Source: Malacoraja senta
Taxonomy: Eukaryota
NCBI GenBank assembly: GCA_038087875.1
Contig: JAXLNO010000506.1
Span: 1 to 46,157 of the forward strand
Reading direction: 5' to 3'
Length of the DNA stretch: 46,157 nucleotides
Each line of letters begins with the position of its first letter. Position 1 is the first letter of the stretch. The notes under the pieces were generated by a model that was not told where the DNA came from, searched no databases, and saw nothing but the letters and a program-made list of their open reading frames with translations. The translations under genes were made by a program, and so were the position numbers. Shown here in pieces: positions 10,445-22,789 of the stretch.

Positions 10445-11200
10445 AGAAAATTGGCTTCATGGAAGGAAGCAGAGGGTAATGCTGGAAGGTTGTTTCTCGG
10501 ACTGGAGGCCTGTGGTGTGCCTCAGAGTTCGATGCTTGGCCCATTACTGTTTCACAAGTACATACATGATAGTATGAGAATGTACATGGCAAGATTAGAA
10601 AGTTTGCAGATGCAAAAGTGGGTTGGATTGCAGATAGCGAAGATGGATGTCAAACATTGCAGCGGGATCATAATCGATTAGGGATGGTGGATGGAAATTA
10701 ATACACAGAAATGTGAGTTGATACATTTTGGAAAGTCTTACATGGCCAGGGCCTACTCAGGGCTCTGCAGAGTGTTATAGAGCAGAGGGATCTGGGAATG
10801 CAGGTACATAGAAGTTGGGAGGTCATGTTGCAGTTATGCAGGACATTGATAACACCGCATTTAGACCGTGTTTAGTTCTGGGCACCTTTCTATGGGGAAG
10901 ATGTCGTATGAAAGTGTACAGGGAAGCTATATGAGGATGTTCCCAGGGTGCGAGGGTCTGAACTGAAGGACGAGGTTAAGCTGGCTGGGACTATATTCCT
11001 TGAAACGCAGGAAGATGAGATCTGATCTTATAGATGTGTATAAAGTCATGAGAGGAATACATCCGGTGGATGCACAGAGTTTGTATCCCTGAGCAGGGGA
11101 ATCGAGAATCAAAGGACGGTTGAGGTGAATGGGATCGATATAATGAGAATCTGCGAGGTAGCCTTTTCACACAATTGGTGTATGGAACATTCTTCCAGTC
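10445..11200 (+). mobile_element. Old CR1 LINE RT fragment
   Basis: Degenerate GVPQSSMLGPLLF...KFAD motifs and C-terminal LYSLK.R.MR.DLI.VYK. Confidence 0.7.
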
Positions 11201-11495
11201 CAGTATAAGTAACCAATGTGCAATTCAGACCGATGATTTTACTGTTAATATCTTTCTTTCACAACTATCTTAGATTTAACTGAGGATGCGAGTCAGAACA
11301 TTGAACAGTTGAGCCCATTGATGCGAAATTCGCACCCTATCACTGTGCTGCATACACATTGAAATACTGCATGTCCAGAGAAACAAATGCTGGATAATGG
11401 GCCTCGACCTTTTTTCTTCTGGAGAATGAACAATGTGTGCCCCGGCATTTTATAGAGTGAATCCCTGCGGCCACTCAACCAGGCCAAACAACAGC

Positions 11496-12056
11496 GTACA
11501 GTTTTGGTCTCCAAATCTGAGGAAAGACATTCTTGCCACAGAGGGAGTACAGAGAAGGTTCACCAGACTGATTCCTGGGATGTCAGGACTTTCATATGAA
11601 GAAAGACTGGATAGACTCGGCTTGTACTCGCTAGAATTTAGAAGATTGAGGGGGAATCTTATAGAAACTTACAAAGTTCTTAAGCGGTTGGACAGGCTAG
11701 ATGCAGGAAGATTGTTCCCGATGTTGGTGAAGTCCAGAACAAAGCATCACAGTTTAAGGATAAAGGGGAAATCGTTTAGGACCGAGAAGAGAAAAACATT
11801 TTTCACACAGAGTGTGGTGAATCTCTGGAATTCTCTGCCACAGAACGTAGTTGAGGCCAGTTCATTGGCTATATTTAAGAGGGAGTTAGATGTGGCCCTT
11901 GTGGCTAGAGGGATCAGTGGGTATGGAGAGAAGGCAGGTACAGGATACTGAGTTGGATGATCATCCATGATTATATTGAATGGCGGTGCAGGCTCGAAGG
12001 GCCGAATGGCCTACTCCTGCACCTATTTTCCAAGTTTCTATGTTTCTATGTTTCTA
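11496..12056 (+). mobile_element. CR1 LINE 3' end
   Basis: VQFWSPNLRKDILATEGVQRRFTRLIPG...FTQSVVNLWNSLP, 3' UTR gaagggccgaatggcctactcctgc and (tttctatg)n tail. Confidence 0.9.
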
Positions 12057-12598
12057 ATGATACGGAATGTGAGGCAGCGTGTCAGGGAAAAAATATGGTG
12101 AAAGATTAAGGAACACGATAAAGATGATTTTAAACAGCATTGCTGCTTACCTTATGTGGTTTAAAGTATCCAATTTCGACACAGTATGTGGTAAGGAACA
12201 CAGTTGTGATCATTTACTGTTGTAAAATGGTGATCACGTGTGTGAAACAATCGGTTCATATCGTAAGACGAATTATCTGAAATTAGAAAATGAACCGAAA
12301 GACCTGGGAAGTAGGCCAAGGAAAGGCAGGTGGAATTTAACTCCTGCAAATGAGTCGCGTCGCTATTTTACAAGATAACCAATGGCAAGACCTGCATTGT
12401 GAATGATAGGGACACGCAGAGTGTTGTAAATGAGAGTGCAGAGCGAACAATGAATATATGTACATAATTCCCTTAAAGTTGCAATGCAAGCAGACACGGT
12501 GGTGAAGATTGCGCGTGGCACACCAGCCTTCAATATGAGCACTCTTAATAGAGGAGCTGTGGCTTCATATTGATTCAGATTCAAGTTCGGGTCTGGAA

Positions 12599-13490
12599 CA
12601 GTGCCCTCCATAATGTTTGGGACATCATTTATTTATTTGCCTCTGTACTCCATAATTTTAATAAAGGACATTTTTATACAATTGGTTTCACCATGTAGAG
12701 ATTACAGCATGATTATTCATAGTCCACCTATTGGCAGGGCACCATAATATTGGGACACAGCAATGTCATGTAAATGCAAGTAGTCATGTTTTGTATTTTG
12801 TTGCATATCCTTTGCATGTAATGACTGTTTGAAATCTGTGAAGGCATGCTCAGTTGGTTTCAGATTGGGTGATTGACTTGACTACTCAAGAATTGACCAT
12901 TTTTTCATTTGTAAAACTCCTTTGTTGCTTCAGCGGCATGTTCAGGATCATTGTGTTGTTGCAGAATGAACCTCCGGCCATGGGTTTTGAGGGTAGACAA
13001 AAATGCTGAGAAACTCAGCGGGTGAGGCAGCAACTTGAAAATGTTCTCATCCTCCCTCCGAACATAGATGTTGCTTCACCCGCAGAGTTTCTCCAGAATT
13101 TTTGTCTACCTTCGATTTTCCAGCATCTGCAATTCTTAAACAATGAGTTTTGAGGCATTTGTTCGAACTTGAACAGATCGGATGTGTCTATACCATTCAA
13201 ATTCACTATACTACTACCATTGGCAGCTGTATCATCATGAAGATAAGAGAGCCAGTAGCCATACATACCAAGCCATCACACCCCACCATGTTTCACAGAT
13301 GAGATGGTATGCTTTGGATCTTGGGCAGTTCCTTCTTTCCTCCATACTTTGCTCTTGCTATCACTCTGATATGCCAATCTTCGCCTAATATGTCCACAAG
13401 ACCTTTTTCCAGAACTGCGGTTGTTGTTGTAAATACTTCTTGGCATACTGTAGCCTAACCATCCTACTTTTGTGGCTAACCAGTGGTTAG
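12599..13490 (-). mobile_element. Tc1-like DNA transposon remnant (IR/DR end plus decayed transposase), interrupted by a Penelope-type fragment at ~12991-13137
   Basis: Terminus cagtgccctccataatgtttgggaca with an internal repeat at ~12737. Minus strand WSILE*SSQSPNLKPTEHAF resembles the Tc1 WPSQSPDLNPIE motif. Confidence 0.7.
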
Positions 13491-14990
13491 ACTGGAAAAA
13501 TCATGTTGGTAGTGGACCCCAAGAAAGGAAGTTTGAGGAGTGCCTTCGAGATGGATTCTTAGAGCAGCTTGTACTGGAGCCGACCAGGGAGAAGGCGATT
13601 CTGGATTTAGTGTTGTGTAATGAACCGGATTTGATAAGGGGCTCAAGCTAAAAGAGCCATTTGGAGGTAGTGACCATAATATGATACGTTTTCATCTGCA
13701 ATTTGAGAGAGAGAAGGGGACATCGGAAGAGTAATTATTACAGTTGAGCAAAGGGGACTATGGGGGCATGAGGGAGGAGCTGGCAAAAGTTGATTTGAAA
13801 GAGACCCTAGCAGGGATTACAGTGGAACAACAATGGAGGGTATTTCTGGGAATAATACAGAAGGTGCAATATCAGTTCATTCCAAAGAGGAACATAGATT
13901 CTAAAGGGGGGTAAGAGGCGACCGTGACTGACAAGGGAATTCAAGGACTGTATAAACATGAAAGAGAAGAAGTATAACATAGTAAAGATGAGCGGGAAGC
14001 CAGAGGAGTGGGAAACGTTTAAAGAGCAGCACAAGATAACTAAAAAGGCAATACGGGGAGAAAAGATGCGGTAGGAAGGTAAGCTAGCCAAGAATATGAA
14101 GGAGGATTGTAAAAGCTTCTTTCGGTATGTGAAGAGGGAAAATAGTTAATCAGTTGAGCTTATAGGACTTGATATTAAATGTGGGTCCCTTGAAGACAGA
14201 AACAGGTGAATTTATTATGGGGAACAAGGAAATGGCAGACGAGTTGAACTTGTACTTTGGATATGACTTCACTAAGGAAGACACAAACAATTACCCAATG
14301 TGTATCAGTGGCCAGAGGGCCTCGGGTGACTGAGGAAGTGAAGGAAATTCACATAGGCAGGAAATGGTGTTGCGTAGACTTATGGGACTGAAGGACGATA
14401 AATCCCCTGGGTCTGATGGTCTGCACCCCAGGGTACTTAAGGAAGATGCTCTAGATATCGTGAATGCATTGGTGATCATTTTCCAATGTTCAATAGATTC
14501 AGGATCAGTTCCTGTGGATTGGAGGGTATCTAATGTTATCCCACTTTTTAAGAAAGTCGGGAGAGAGAAAACAAGGAATTAAAGACCAGTTAACCTCACA
14601 TTGGTGGTGGGGAAGATGCTGGAGTTAATTATAAAAGTCGAAGAAGCGGCACATTTGGATAGGAGTAACACGATCGGTCCGAGTCAACATGGATTTCTGA
14701 AGGGGAAATCATGCTTGACTAATTTTCTGGAATTTTTTGAGGATGTAACTAGAAAAATGGACAAGGGGGAGTCAGTGGATGTAGTGTACCTGGACTTTCA
14801 GAAAACCTTTGATAAGGTCCCATAGGAGATTAGTGGGCAAAATTAGATCACATGGTATTTGGGGTAAGGTACTGACATGGATAGAAAATTGGTTAGCAGA
14901 CAGGAAACAAAGAGTAGGGATTAACGGATCCAATTCAGAATGGCAGGCAGTCGGGTACCACCCGACTCGCTGCTGGGACAGCAACTATTT
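13491..14990 (+). mobile_element. CR1 LINE ORF2 fragment (endonuclease end to RT)
   Basis: KSPGSDGLHPRVLKE, QHGFLKGKSCLTNFLEFFE, VDVVYLDFQKTFDKVP; multiple stops and frameshifts. Confidence 0.9.
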
Positions 14991-15279
14991 ACAATGGGGG
15001 TGGGGGGGAGGTGCACCCATTTGGAAAAGCTGAGCTGAAATACCACCTAGTGTCACAAGCTCACAGGCTGAACTTTTTTTATTATCCGTGGGAAAGTTGC
15101 AACTCTGCATGGCATTAACGCATTCCAGGACCTTGGACTGGTAACTTTTCGGCCTGCTGTCCATTAAATCTCTCCTGCCGAGGGCTCCACCCAGCAGATA
15201 CTTCCCAGCACAAGGAACATTTTGACAATACGTTTCGGAAGCTACCCATCAGATGCAACATCGTCAATGATGCAAATGT

Positions 15280-17700
15280 CTTACCTGTGGTACGAGCACC
15301 ACACCGCATGCCACGTGCTATGCGTGGCAGAGTACACAATAAGCACCAGCGGGTGGTGCCCCTGGGTGTCATTGCCACGGTTACTGACCCATCCAACTGG
15401 ATTTCCACCATGGTGGTCGCAACGGAGAAAATTAAAGAAGAAATCCAAATTTGTATCAACACCAGAGACCTGAACTCAGCGATCAAACGCCCGCACTACC
15501 CGATGCGTACGATGGAGGAATTCGCTGCTCAGCTGGGCAGTGCCTCTGTTTTTTCTTTTATGGATGCCAACAGCTCGTTCGGGGAGATCCCGCTGGACCC
15601 CGATTCGTCCAAACTCACCACGTTCGGCACCCCGTTTGGCCGGTACAAATTCTTGCGGATGCCCTTTGGCATCAACTCTGCTAGCGAAGTATTCCAGCGT
15701 ACAATGGAACAATTATTTACTGGGTATCCTCGTGGCACCATTGTTGGTGACATTCTCGTTGCTGGAAGCGACATGGCTGAACATGATGCCAATTAAAAAA
15801 GTACTGGACCGTGCAAAAGACATCCACCGCAAGCTCAACACTCTGAAGTGCAGATTCCAGGTCAAGGAGGTCCTGTATGTCGGACACGTATTCACCAGTG
15901 ACGGCCACAGACCTGAGCTCTCCAAGACCATTGGCATCAATGAGATACCAGTTCCCACTGACGTGACAAGTTTGCAGAGATTCCTGGGAACGGTTAACTA
16001 CTTGGGGAAATTAATTCCCAACCTCAACAAAATATCTGCCCCTCTGCGACAACTAACTCACAAGGACGCTACATGGTCTTGGTACCCAAAACACCAGAGG
16101 GCATTCGAAATGTTTAAATTACTATTGTCCAGTGCCCCTACCCTTAAACCTACCGGTGACACTCACGTGTGATGCTTCCCAATATGGACTTGGAGCTGCT
16201 TGCCCACAGAATTCCGTCGAAGGAGACTGCAGACCTATTGCTTACGCCTCCCGTACCTTGTCTGAGACTGAAGATCGAAAAAATAATTACTAGCCATGGT
16301 TTTTACCTGCACAAAATTCAAGGACTTAATTTTTCGGAAGTCCGTGGTTGTCGAAACAGACCACCAACCGTTTCTCACTATTCTGAACGAACCCATTCTT
16401 GCAGTTCCTGCTCGCCTACAACGGATGATGATGCAGCTACAGAGTTTCGATTTCACCCTAGTCTACAAAAGGGACAAGGATATGTATCTGACTGACACAT
16501 CAAGAACCCCACGAACAACCTGCGAACAACAGCCGTCTGCAAATTACCAGTTTACAGTAATGATGGTGTTGTACGTCCCTACAGAATGTCTAAGTGACCT
16601 GGCAGAGCATCTGGCTGCGGATACAACTTTACAGCTATTGTCTTGTGTCATCCGGCGTGGCTGGCAGGATAAACAATATCACGCTCCACTTCCTATTTGC
16701 CCATACTTCCTGGTCCGCGATAAACTGGTGCTGCAGGGCGCTGTCATAATCAAGGGTCACTGAGCTGTCATCCCAACTGCCCTATGAGACAAATATTTTG
16801 ATATCGTTCACAGGGCGTCACCCCGGCTTGGAAGCAACCATAATCCGAGCACAGAGCATGTTTTACTATCCCGGAATGACCGAATTCGTGCGTGAGGAAG
16901 CTTAAGCCTGCGCTGTCTGCAGCAGCCTGATGCCACACGAACAGAAGCATCCCCTGCTCTCACACCCTGTTTCTCCTCTGCCTTGGTCCACGCTTGCTAC
17001 TGACATATTCGAGTGACGTGGCAAACAATATCTAGTTCTCGTTGACTCGTATTCGGGCTGGTTCGAAATCGACCTGCTCCAGAGCCCAACATCCGCTGCA
17101 GTAATCCAAAAGCTGTAGCGCCATTTCGCCGTACACGGTGCCCACGCACGCCAATTGTCAGATAACGGCAGTCAGTCCACTAGCCAGTGTTTTAGAAACT
17201 TTGCTCAACGATGGGATTTTCGCCATGTCACCAGCAGTCCAGAATTCCCACAATCAAGTGGACTTGTAGAACGGGCTGTCCGGAGCGCCAAGCAATTGAT
17301 GGAGCGCTCAAACCTTGCTAAATCCGATGTCTCACCTGCTAAACCTGAGAAACATCGCCTGTGACCCAAAACTGGGGTCTCCTACCCAACGCCTGATGTC
17401 CCGACAGACTCGTGCTGCGCTTCCTGTTCCCCAACAACTTCTGCAGCCAATGGCTCGTTCACCACTAGCCATCCAGAAACAACTCCAACTGAAACGCAAT
17501 ACCGAAGCACGATTTCTTGACCACTTAAACCTCTCTCCAGTGGCCAAGTCGCTCGCCTTGAAACCAACAACGGCTCGGGCCGTTTGGGCTTCAGCCACAA
17601 TTCTGAAAATGAGCCGTGCTCATGCCTGGTGAGTGCAGACTGAGGGATCTACTGGCGCAACCGTCAACATCTCCTTCCTGTGAAGGAACTACGTCCTGCT
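15280..17700 (+). mobile_element. Ty3/Gypsy LTR retrotransposon pol remnant (RT-RNaseH-integrase)
   Basis: RT TTFGTPFGRYKFLRMPFGINSASEVFQ / IVGDILV, RNase H TCDASQYGLGA and VETDHQPF, integrase HHCC and LVDSYSGW...SDNGSQ...GLVERAVRSAK. RT-RH-IN order; frameshifted. Confidence 0.9.
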
Positions 17701-18080
17701 GTCTGGTATCCTGATGCGACACGTCCGATCGACACATCTACTGACGGACTTTCTCTTCTCTCACGACGTGCAGCTGCAGACCAACCATTGATTGCAGCTC
17801 CATCACCACCCCGCTCAGTGCTCCGCTTGTCTGCCTCGCCGTGTTTGTCCCCCGGGTCCCCAGTGCTCCCGCCGCACGGCGAAGGGAGGAGATGCGGATC
17901 TGTAGCGATGAGCGCGGGATGGGTTTGTAGGCCGCCCCTTAGATATGGGGACTTTGTTTGTATCAATAGTACGTATGCGCTATTAGCGTTTCGGTTACAT
18001 TATTAATCAGTCAGCACCTAGTAACGTGCTTCTACATATATATCACTTTATTGTAGATGTGTTTCTCTTTATATTCTTAC

Positions 18081-18290
18081 AAGAAAGATGTAGTTTTGTT
18101 ACTTTACGTACTAACTGATGTAGTACTTTATTATTTAAAGCCACACCTACTACCACGCCATTAATATGATCGCAACCCGACCCCAGTCAGTACTTCTGCA
18201 CGATAGGAGTAACATGCTGAAGTGTTTTGTATACGTTTCTTAATAAATATTGTTATACCAGATCTGTGAGTATGTGTGATTTACTCAACA
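18081..18290 (+). mobile_element. PPT and 3' LTR of the Gypsy element
   Basis: aagaaaga followed by TGTAG (18089), AATAAA at ~18242, ends ctcaaCA at 18290. Confidence 0.6.
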
Positions 18291-18699
18291 AGCTCTTAGC
18301 CTGTTCCGAATCTCCCCCCGCTTACCTCAATGTTTTTTCCGGCTTGTTCCCGGAGCCGCGCTCCCATCGTTGTTGCCGCGGATGCTCTCATGGTCTCTGC
18401 CGGCCATGCTGGATCGGTGAATAAAGTGTCTAAAATAAAATTGGGTTACGCTAAAGTATAGGTTTAAAAGTGTTTTACGATTGTAGAGTGTTAGTGCTGA
18501 TATGTTAGTCTGAAAGATATTAAAAATAAAAGTAATAGTTTAAAAAACGCACAATCTCTACGGACCTGCCACGAGGCCAACTGGACCAGGCCGCTCCATG
18601 TTGAGAGGGCGGTTATTCAGGAGATGACGGTGACTGGACTCGGCCGCGCCATCCATTATACTTCTTTTACTTCGCGCATTCATATATAATAGTTTTAAT

Positions 18700-20040
18700 C
18701 CATTACTCACCCCACCTTTCACATCGATTCCTATTTCACTTGGTCATACTCTCCTATCCCTTCGTGGGGCTTCCTGCCCCGTTAATTCTGGTGGCTTTCT
18801 AACTTTTCCTATACTCTCTTTCGCTTTAACTCCATTCTTATATTTCCAATTTATCTCCTGCCCATGCGCCTCCCCCCCACTATTTAGTTTACACCCACCC
18901 GTGTAGCAGTGGCAAACCGTCCTGCCAGAATGCTGGTCCCCCGCAACCAGTTAAGGTGCAACCAGTCCCTTTTGTACAACTCACCCTTACCTCAAAACAG
19001 ATCCCAGTGGTCTAAGAATCTACATCCCTGCCTCCTGCACCAGCTCCTCAGCCACACATTCAGATCCGCTATCACCCTGTTCCCGCCCTCACCAGCACGG
19101 GGAAATGGAAGCAAACCAGACATAACCACCCTGGAGGTCCTGCTTTTCAGCCTTCTTCCGCGCTTTCTGAAGTCACGCTGCAGAATCTCTTTCAACATTT
19201 CCCGCCGTCATTTGTGCCGTATGCACTTTGTGCCGTATGCTCTGTAATCAGTCCATGATGACCTGGATCTCGGCACCAAGGAGGCAACACACCATCCTTG
19301 AATCTCGCAGAAACCCCTGTCTGTACCTCTCACGATGGTCCCCGACTACCACTGCTCTGCCTGACGTCTGTCACTTCGGCTTTGCTTCAGCGCTACGTTT
19401 TGACTCGCAGACCTGTCGCCCGCTCAGAATGGCAGTGTCTTCTGTCCCGGCAGCTTCCAAGAGGGTGAACCCGTTTTCAAGAGGCACATCCCCCGGGGTC
19501 TCCTGTACTCCCCAGCTTCCTTCCCTTCCTCATCGTCACCCACCTTCTCTCTTCCGGTACCTTCGGTGTAACGATCTCGTTGTATGTCCTGTCCAGCAAA
19601 CTCTCGTTTTACCGGATGATCCTGAGGTCATCCAGTTGCCTCTCCAGTGCCCGAACATAGTCCTTCAGGAGCTGAACCAGGACACTTCCACAGTTGTAAC
19701 AGCCAGAAGTACTAGCAGTGTCCCTGTCCTCGTACATCGTGCAAGCATCGCACTGAATCAGCGTACCTGTCATTTCTTCACTGCGTCTCAGCCTCCTCGA
19801 TGAAGACACTCGAGCCAAACACTCGTACTTTTCTCACAAGACTCACTATCCAAAGACTCGCACATTTCTCACAAGGCACTTCCCTCGACAAGGCCGCTCC
19901 CCGACAGGCCGCTCCTCTAGAGCAAGCCTTGCTTATATTAGCTGATAAATTGGACAATTCGCCAACTTACCGTTTTTTGGTAATTACATTCGTCAGCCAA
20001 TACCCTCACTCACTCCTTCACCTGCCGCTCCTCTGCGGAC
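18700..20040 (-). mobile_element. CR1 LINE 5' region with ORF1 (zinc finger/leucine zipper + SGNH esterase)
   Basis: MTGTLIQCDACTMYE...CYNC...VRALERQLDDLRIIR and LKSRTSRVVMSGLLP...LNVWLRSWCRRQGCRFLDHWDLF...DWLHLN. Confidence 0.8.
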
Positions 20041-20044
20041 CTTG

Positions 20045-20725
20045 ACTAACCTGCGCTTGGTCCCTATCCCTCCAAACCTGTACTATCCTTGTACCTATCT
20101 AACTGTTTCTTAAAATATGGGATTGCCTCAGCTACATCTTCTGGCAGCTTGTTCCACACACTCACCACCCTTTGTGTGAAAAAGTTACCCCTCGGATCCT
20201 ATTAAATCATTTCCTTGAATGTAAGTCTTCTGGCAATCGATAGCTGTATTCTGGGCCAGAGACTCTGTGCATCTACCCGATCTCTTTCTCTCATGATTTT
20301 GTACACCTCTATAAGACCATCCCCCATCCTCCTGCTCTGCATGGAATAGACTACTAAACCTCTCCCCATAGCTCACACCCTCCAGTCCTTGCAACATCCT
20401 CGTAAATCTTTTCTGAACACTTTCAAGCTTGACAATATCTTTCCTATAACATAGCGCCCAGAACTGAACACAATATTCTAGATGCGGTCGCACCAACGTC
20501 TTATACAACTGCAACATGAACTCCCAACTTCCAGATTCAATACGCTGACTGATGGCCAAAGTGCCAAAAGCCTTCTTGACCACATTATTTACCTGCGACT
20601 CGACCGTCAAGGAACCATGCACGTACTCCTAGATCCCTCTGCTCTACCACACTATCCGAAGTCCTACCATTTACTGTGTGTGTCCTGCCCTTGTTCGACG
20701 TCCCAAAATGCAACACCTCACAATT
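20045..20725 (-). mobile_element. CR1 LINE RT 3' fragment
   Basis: LYKTLVRPHLEYCVQFW...DIVKLESVQKRFTRML. Confidence 0.85.
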
Positions 20726-20729
20726 CTCT

Positions 20730-21748
20730 GTATAACAGTGAGTTATCCACCTACTGAAGATGTAAACGCGATAGGAGCAGATGCCTGTAATGGAAATGGA
20801 AACATATTGGGTACATCCAAGAGTTAGAAAATAAATGTCCTCAACTTAAGTATGAGTTATTTGTTCAGTAGAGGATCAAATATTAGGAAAAGGAAAAGGA
20901 AGAATTCAAGCTAAAATGTCGAAGAACGGAAATCAGGTAATAGTTAGAATTCTCCCGGAATGGGGCTGGTGTCCAGCCCTGGTGGGTGGGCTACATGGTA
21001 TTAAATTGGAAGGAGCAATAGGTTTTCTCGTGGACATGAATAGGATTGCTAAACGGAAACGTTGAACTCAGTAGAAACAGTAGAAACCATAAAGGAAGAA
21101 TTGAGCTAACACAACCGGCAAGGGGCTGGATTTGTTTTTATTTTCACAGGGTTTCAAATAATGCCTGCATCAGGCTGGAGTCAAGAGTGCTCCAACGGCA
21201 CAACATTTAATCATCAGAAACCCTAACTGAAAATTGATGGAATGAATACAGTTGTTAATGATGTCAATACAGTCACTTGCACAAATTGAGCTACATTATT
21301 GATAGAGCAAGCGGTGCGTTGTGAAGGGCAAAAATGTTGCGTTGATTTTTTGGAATTGTAGTGTTTGGGCTTGGCTCCCTGGGGATCAAAGGAGAGAGAG
21401 ACAAATGCGGTTTATTATACATCGAAGTAAATCCGAAGACCCCATTACTGTAGTATGTGGAGATCAAGGTGGCATGGTGAGGTTAAATAGATGTTCAACT
21501 CCCTTATCCAAAGCCATAACTGCTGTGAGCCCAACCCTCTGTGATGAGGATGTTAAGGTGGTAGATGGTCACGGGTACCTGATGCCCCAGAAGGAAGAAA
21601 AGGTAACTTCTGTTCCCCATTCCCGTCACATTCAGGTAATGTTGAACCTTACGGGGTCGGACATTGCGGAATGGTGCTCAACACTCACGTGGGAATTATT
21701 CCATATCTTTTAAAGAGACCAGTTGAAGTGGGAAGGAATAAAAACACA
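20730..21748 (+). mobile_element. Degenerate retroviral-like pol 3' end, splice acceptor and env 5' part
   Basis: Integrase-tail-like YIQELENKCPQLKYEL / GNQVIVRI; acceptor tttgtttttattttcacag|g (~21149). Signal-like MLR*FFGIVVFGLGSLGIKG from 21334, then Cys-containing ...LCDEDVKVVDGHGYL...IQVMLNLTGSDIAEWC. Confidence 0.45.
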
Positions 21749-22574
21749 TATAGGCTGTGGGGCGATGCATGAAAAATGTGTCTAGAAATCGATTTTCGTG
21801 ACCCACGTCACAGAACTACATGAAATGTTCCACAGATTTAAATGAAATATAATTGAGAAGGATGTCATAACTCGTCAGTGCCGAAAATTACACATTAATT
21901 AATAAAACTAATTAGAAAATGAGATCGGGAAAGTAAGCGCCTTCTAGTGGCCAATCCCCATATTACACCATGGGTAGCCCATTTCCGTGTTGCAGTCCAT
22001 TTAAACTATATATAATTATACCTAAGGTATACCAATTATATATATATGACTTGTATATCTATATATGACATAAAAATAATATGATGAATATAATTGTGAG
22101 TGTTTTTTTAATGACAGTCGCAGAGGTCCTGCTCCTGAACCAGCCTAATTAATGGGTGAGGGCAGTTCCTCCCTTTACTGAACCCGAAAGACTGCCAGTG
22201 TGCAGAGTTGGGGTCACGGCCATAGTGGGACTGGGGCAGTTCCAGGCTCGGGGACAGTCCTGCAAGGGATCTTCCAGTCGCTTTAATAGGAAATTTAATG
22301 AGACTGAAGCAGAGGTCCCAGGTTTTAAGGGCTCATGAACCTGCCTAATTAAAGGGTCAGAACAGATCCTCTGGGATCCCCCGTTTACTGAACCCCACTG
22401 ACTCCCATTGTGGGGAGAGTAGGGGTAACGGCCATAGTGGGACTGGGGCAGTGCCAGGCTGGGTGACAGACATGTAAGAGACCTGTCTTATTTCTGATGT
22501 AAATGTCAATCCTGACCAAGAATCGAATGCTCTGATGTTTACTCGATGAGTATTCATTTTTAAGCTACAATGAA
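21749..22574 (+). repeat. Right copy of the ~0.9 kb direct repeat (partner 3216-4153)
   Basis: Colinear match with a shorter TA tract. Confidence 0.9.
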
Positions 22575-22691
22575 TGCTCCAGGGAGTGATGTCTTGGGAA
22601 TACGGGTGTGCGGTGAGAGACTAATCCAGGCGTCTTCACTCGCGTCTGCAACTACGTCTCCTGGGTCCACAGCACCATGGCGGCAAACTGA
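22575..22691 (+). pseudogene. Trypsinogen exon 5 fragment (5'-truncated, frameshifted)
   Basis: [15 protein letters not shown]...[17 protein letters not shown]. 22575-23520 is colinear with 29973-30895. Confidence 0.85.
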
Positions 22692-22789
22692 GCCCGTGTC
22701 CCCGGCGGCCGCGCCAGGTCTCCGCTTCTCACTCACTGCACCGCTGGGAAATTATTAATAAAATGGTTGCAAAGAAGAATGGTTTCTGT

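Noticed and set aside
15280..18290. Gypsy pol as the pol of the env-bearing element
   Set aside because: It has its own PPT and a different ~200 bp LTR directly after integrase, with no env in between.
3216..22574. The 0.9 kb direct repeats as LTRs of one giant retrotransposon
   Set aside because: No TG...CA ends, PBS, PPT or TSD. The left copy continues as a longer element, and the insertion is accompanied by loss of ~3.2 kb of target.
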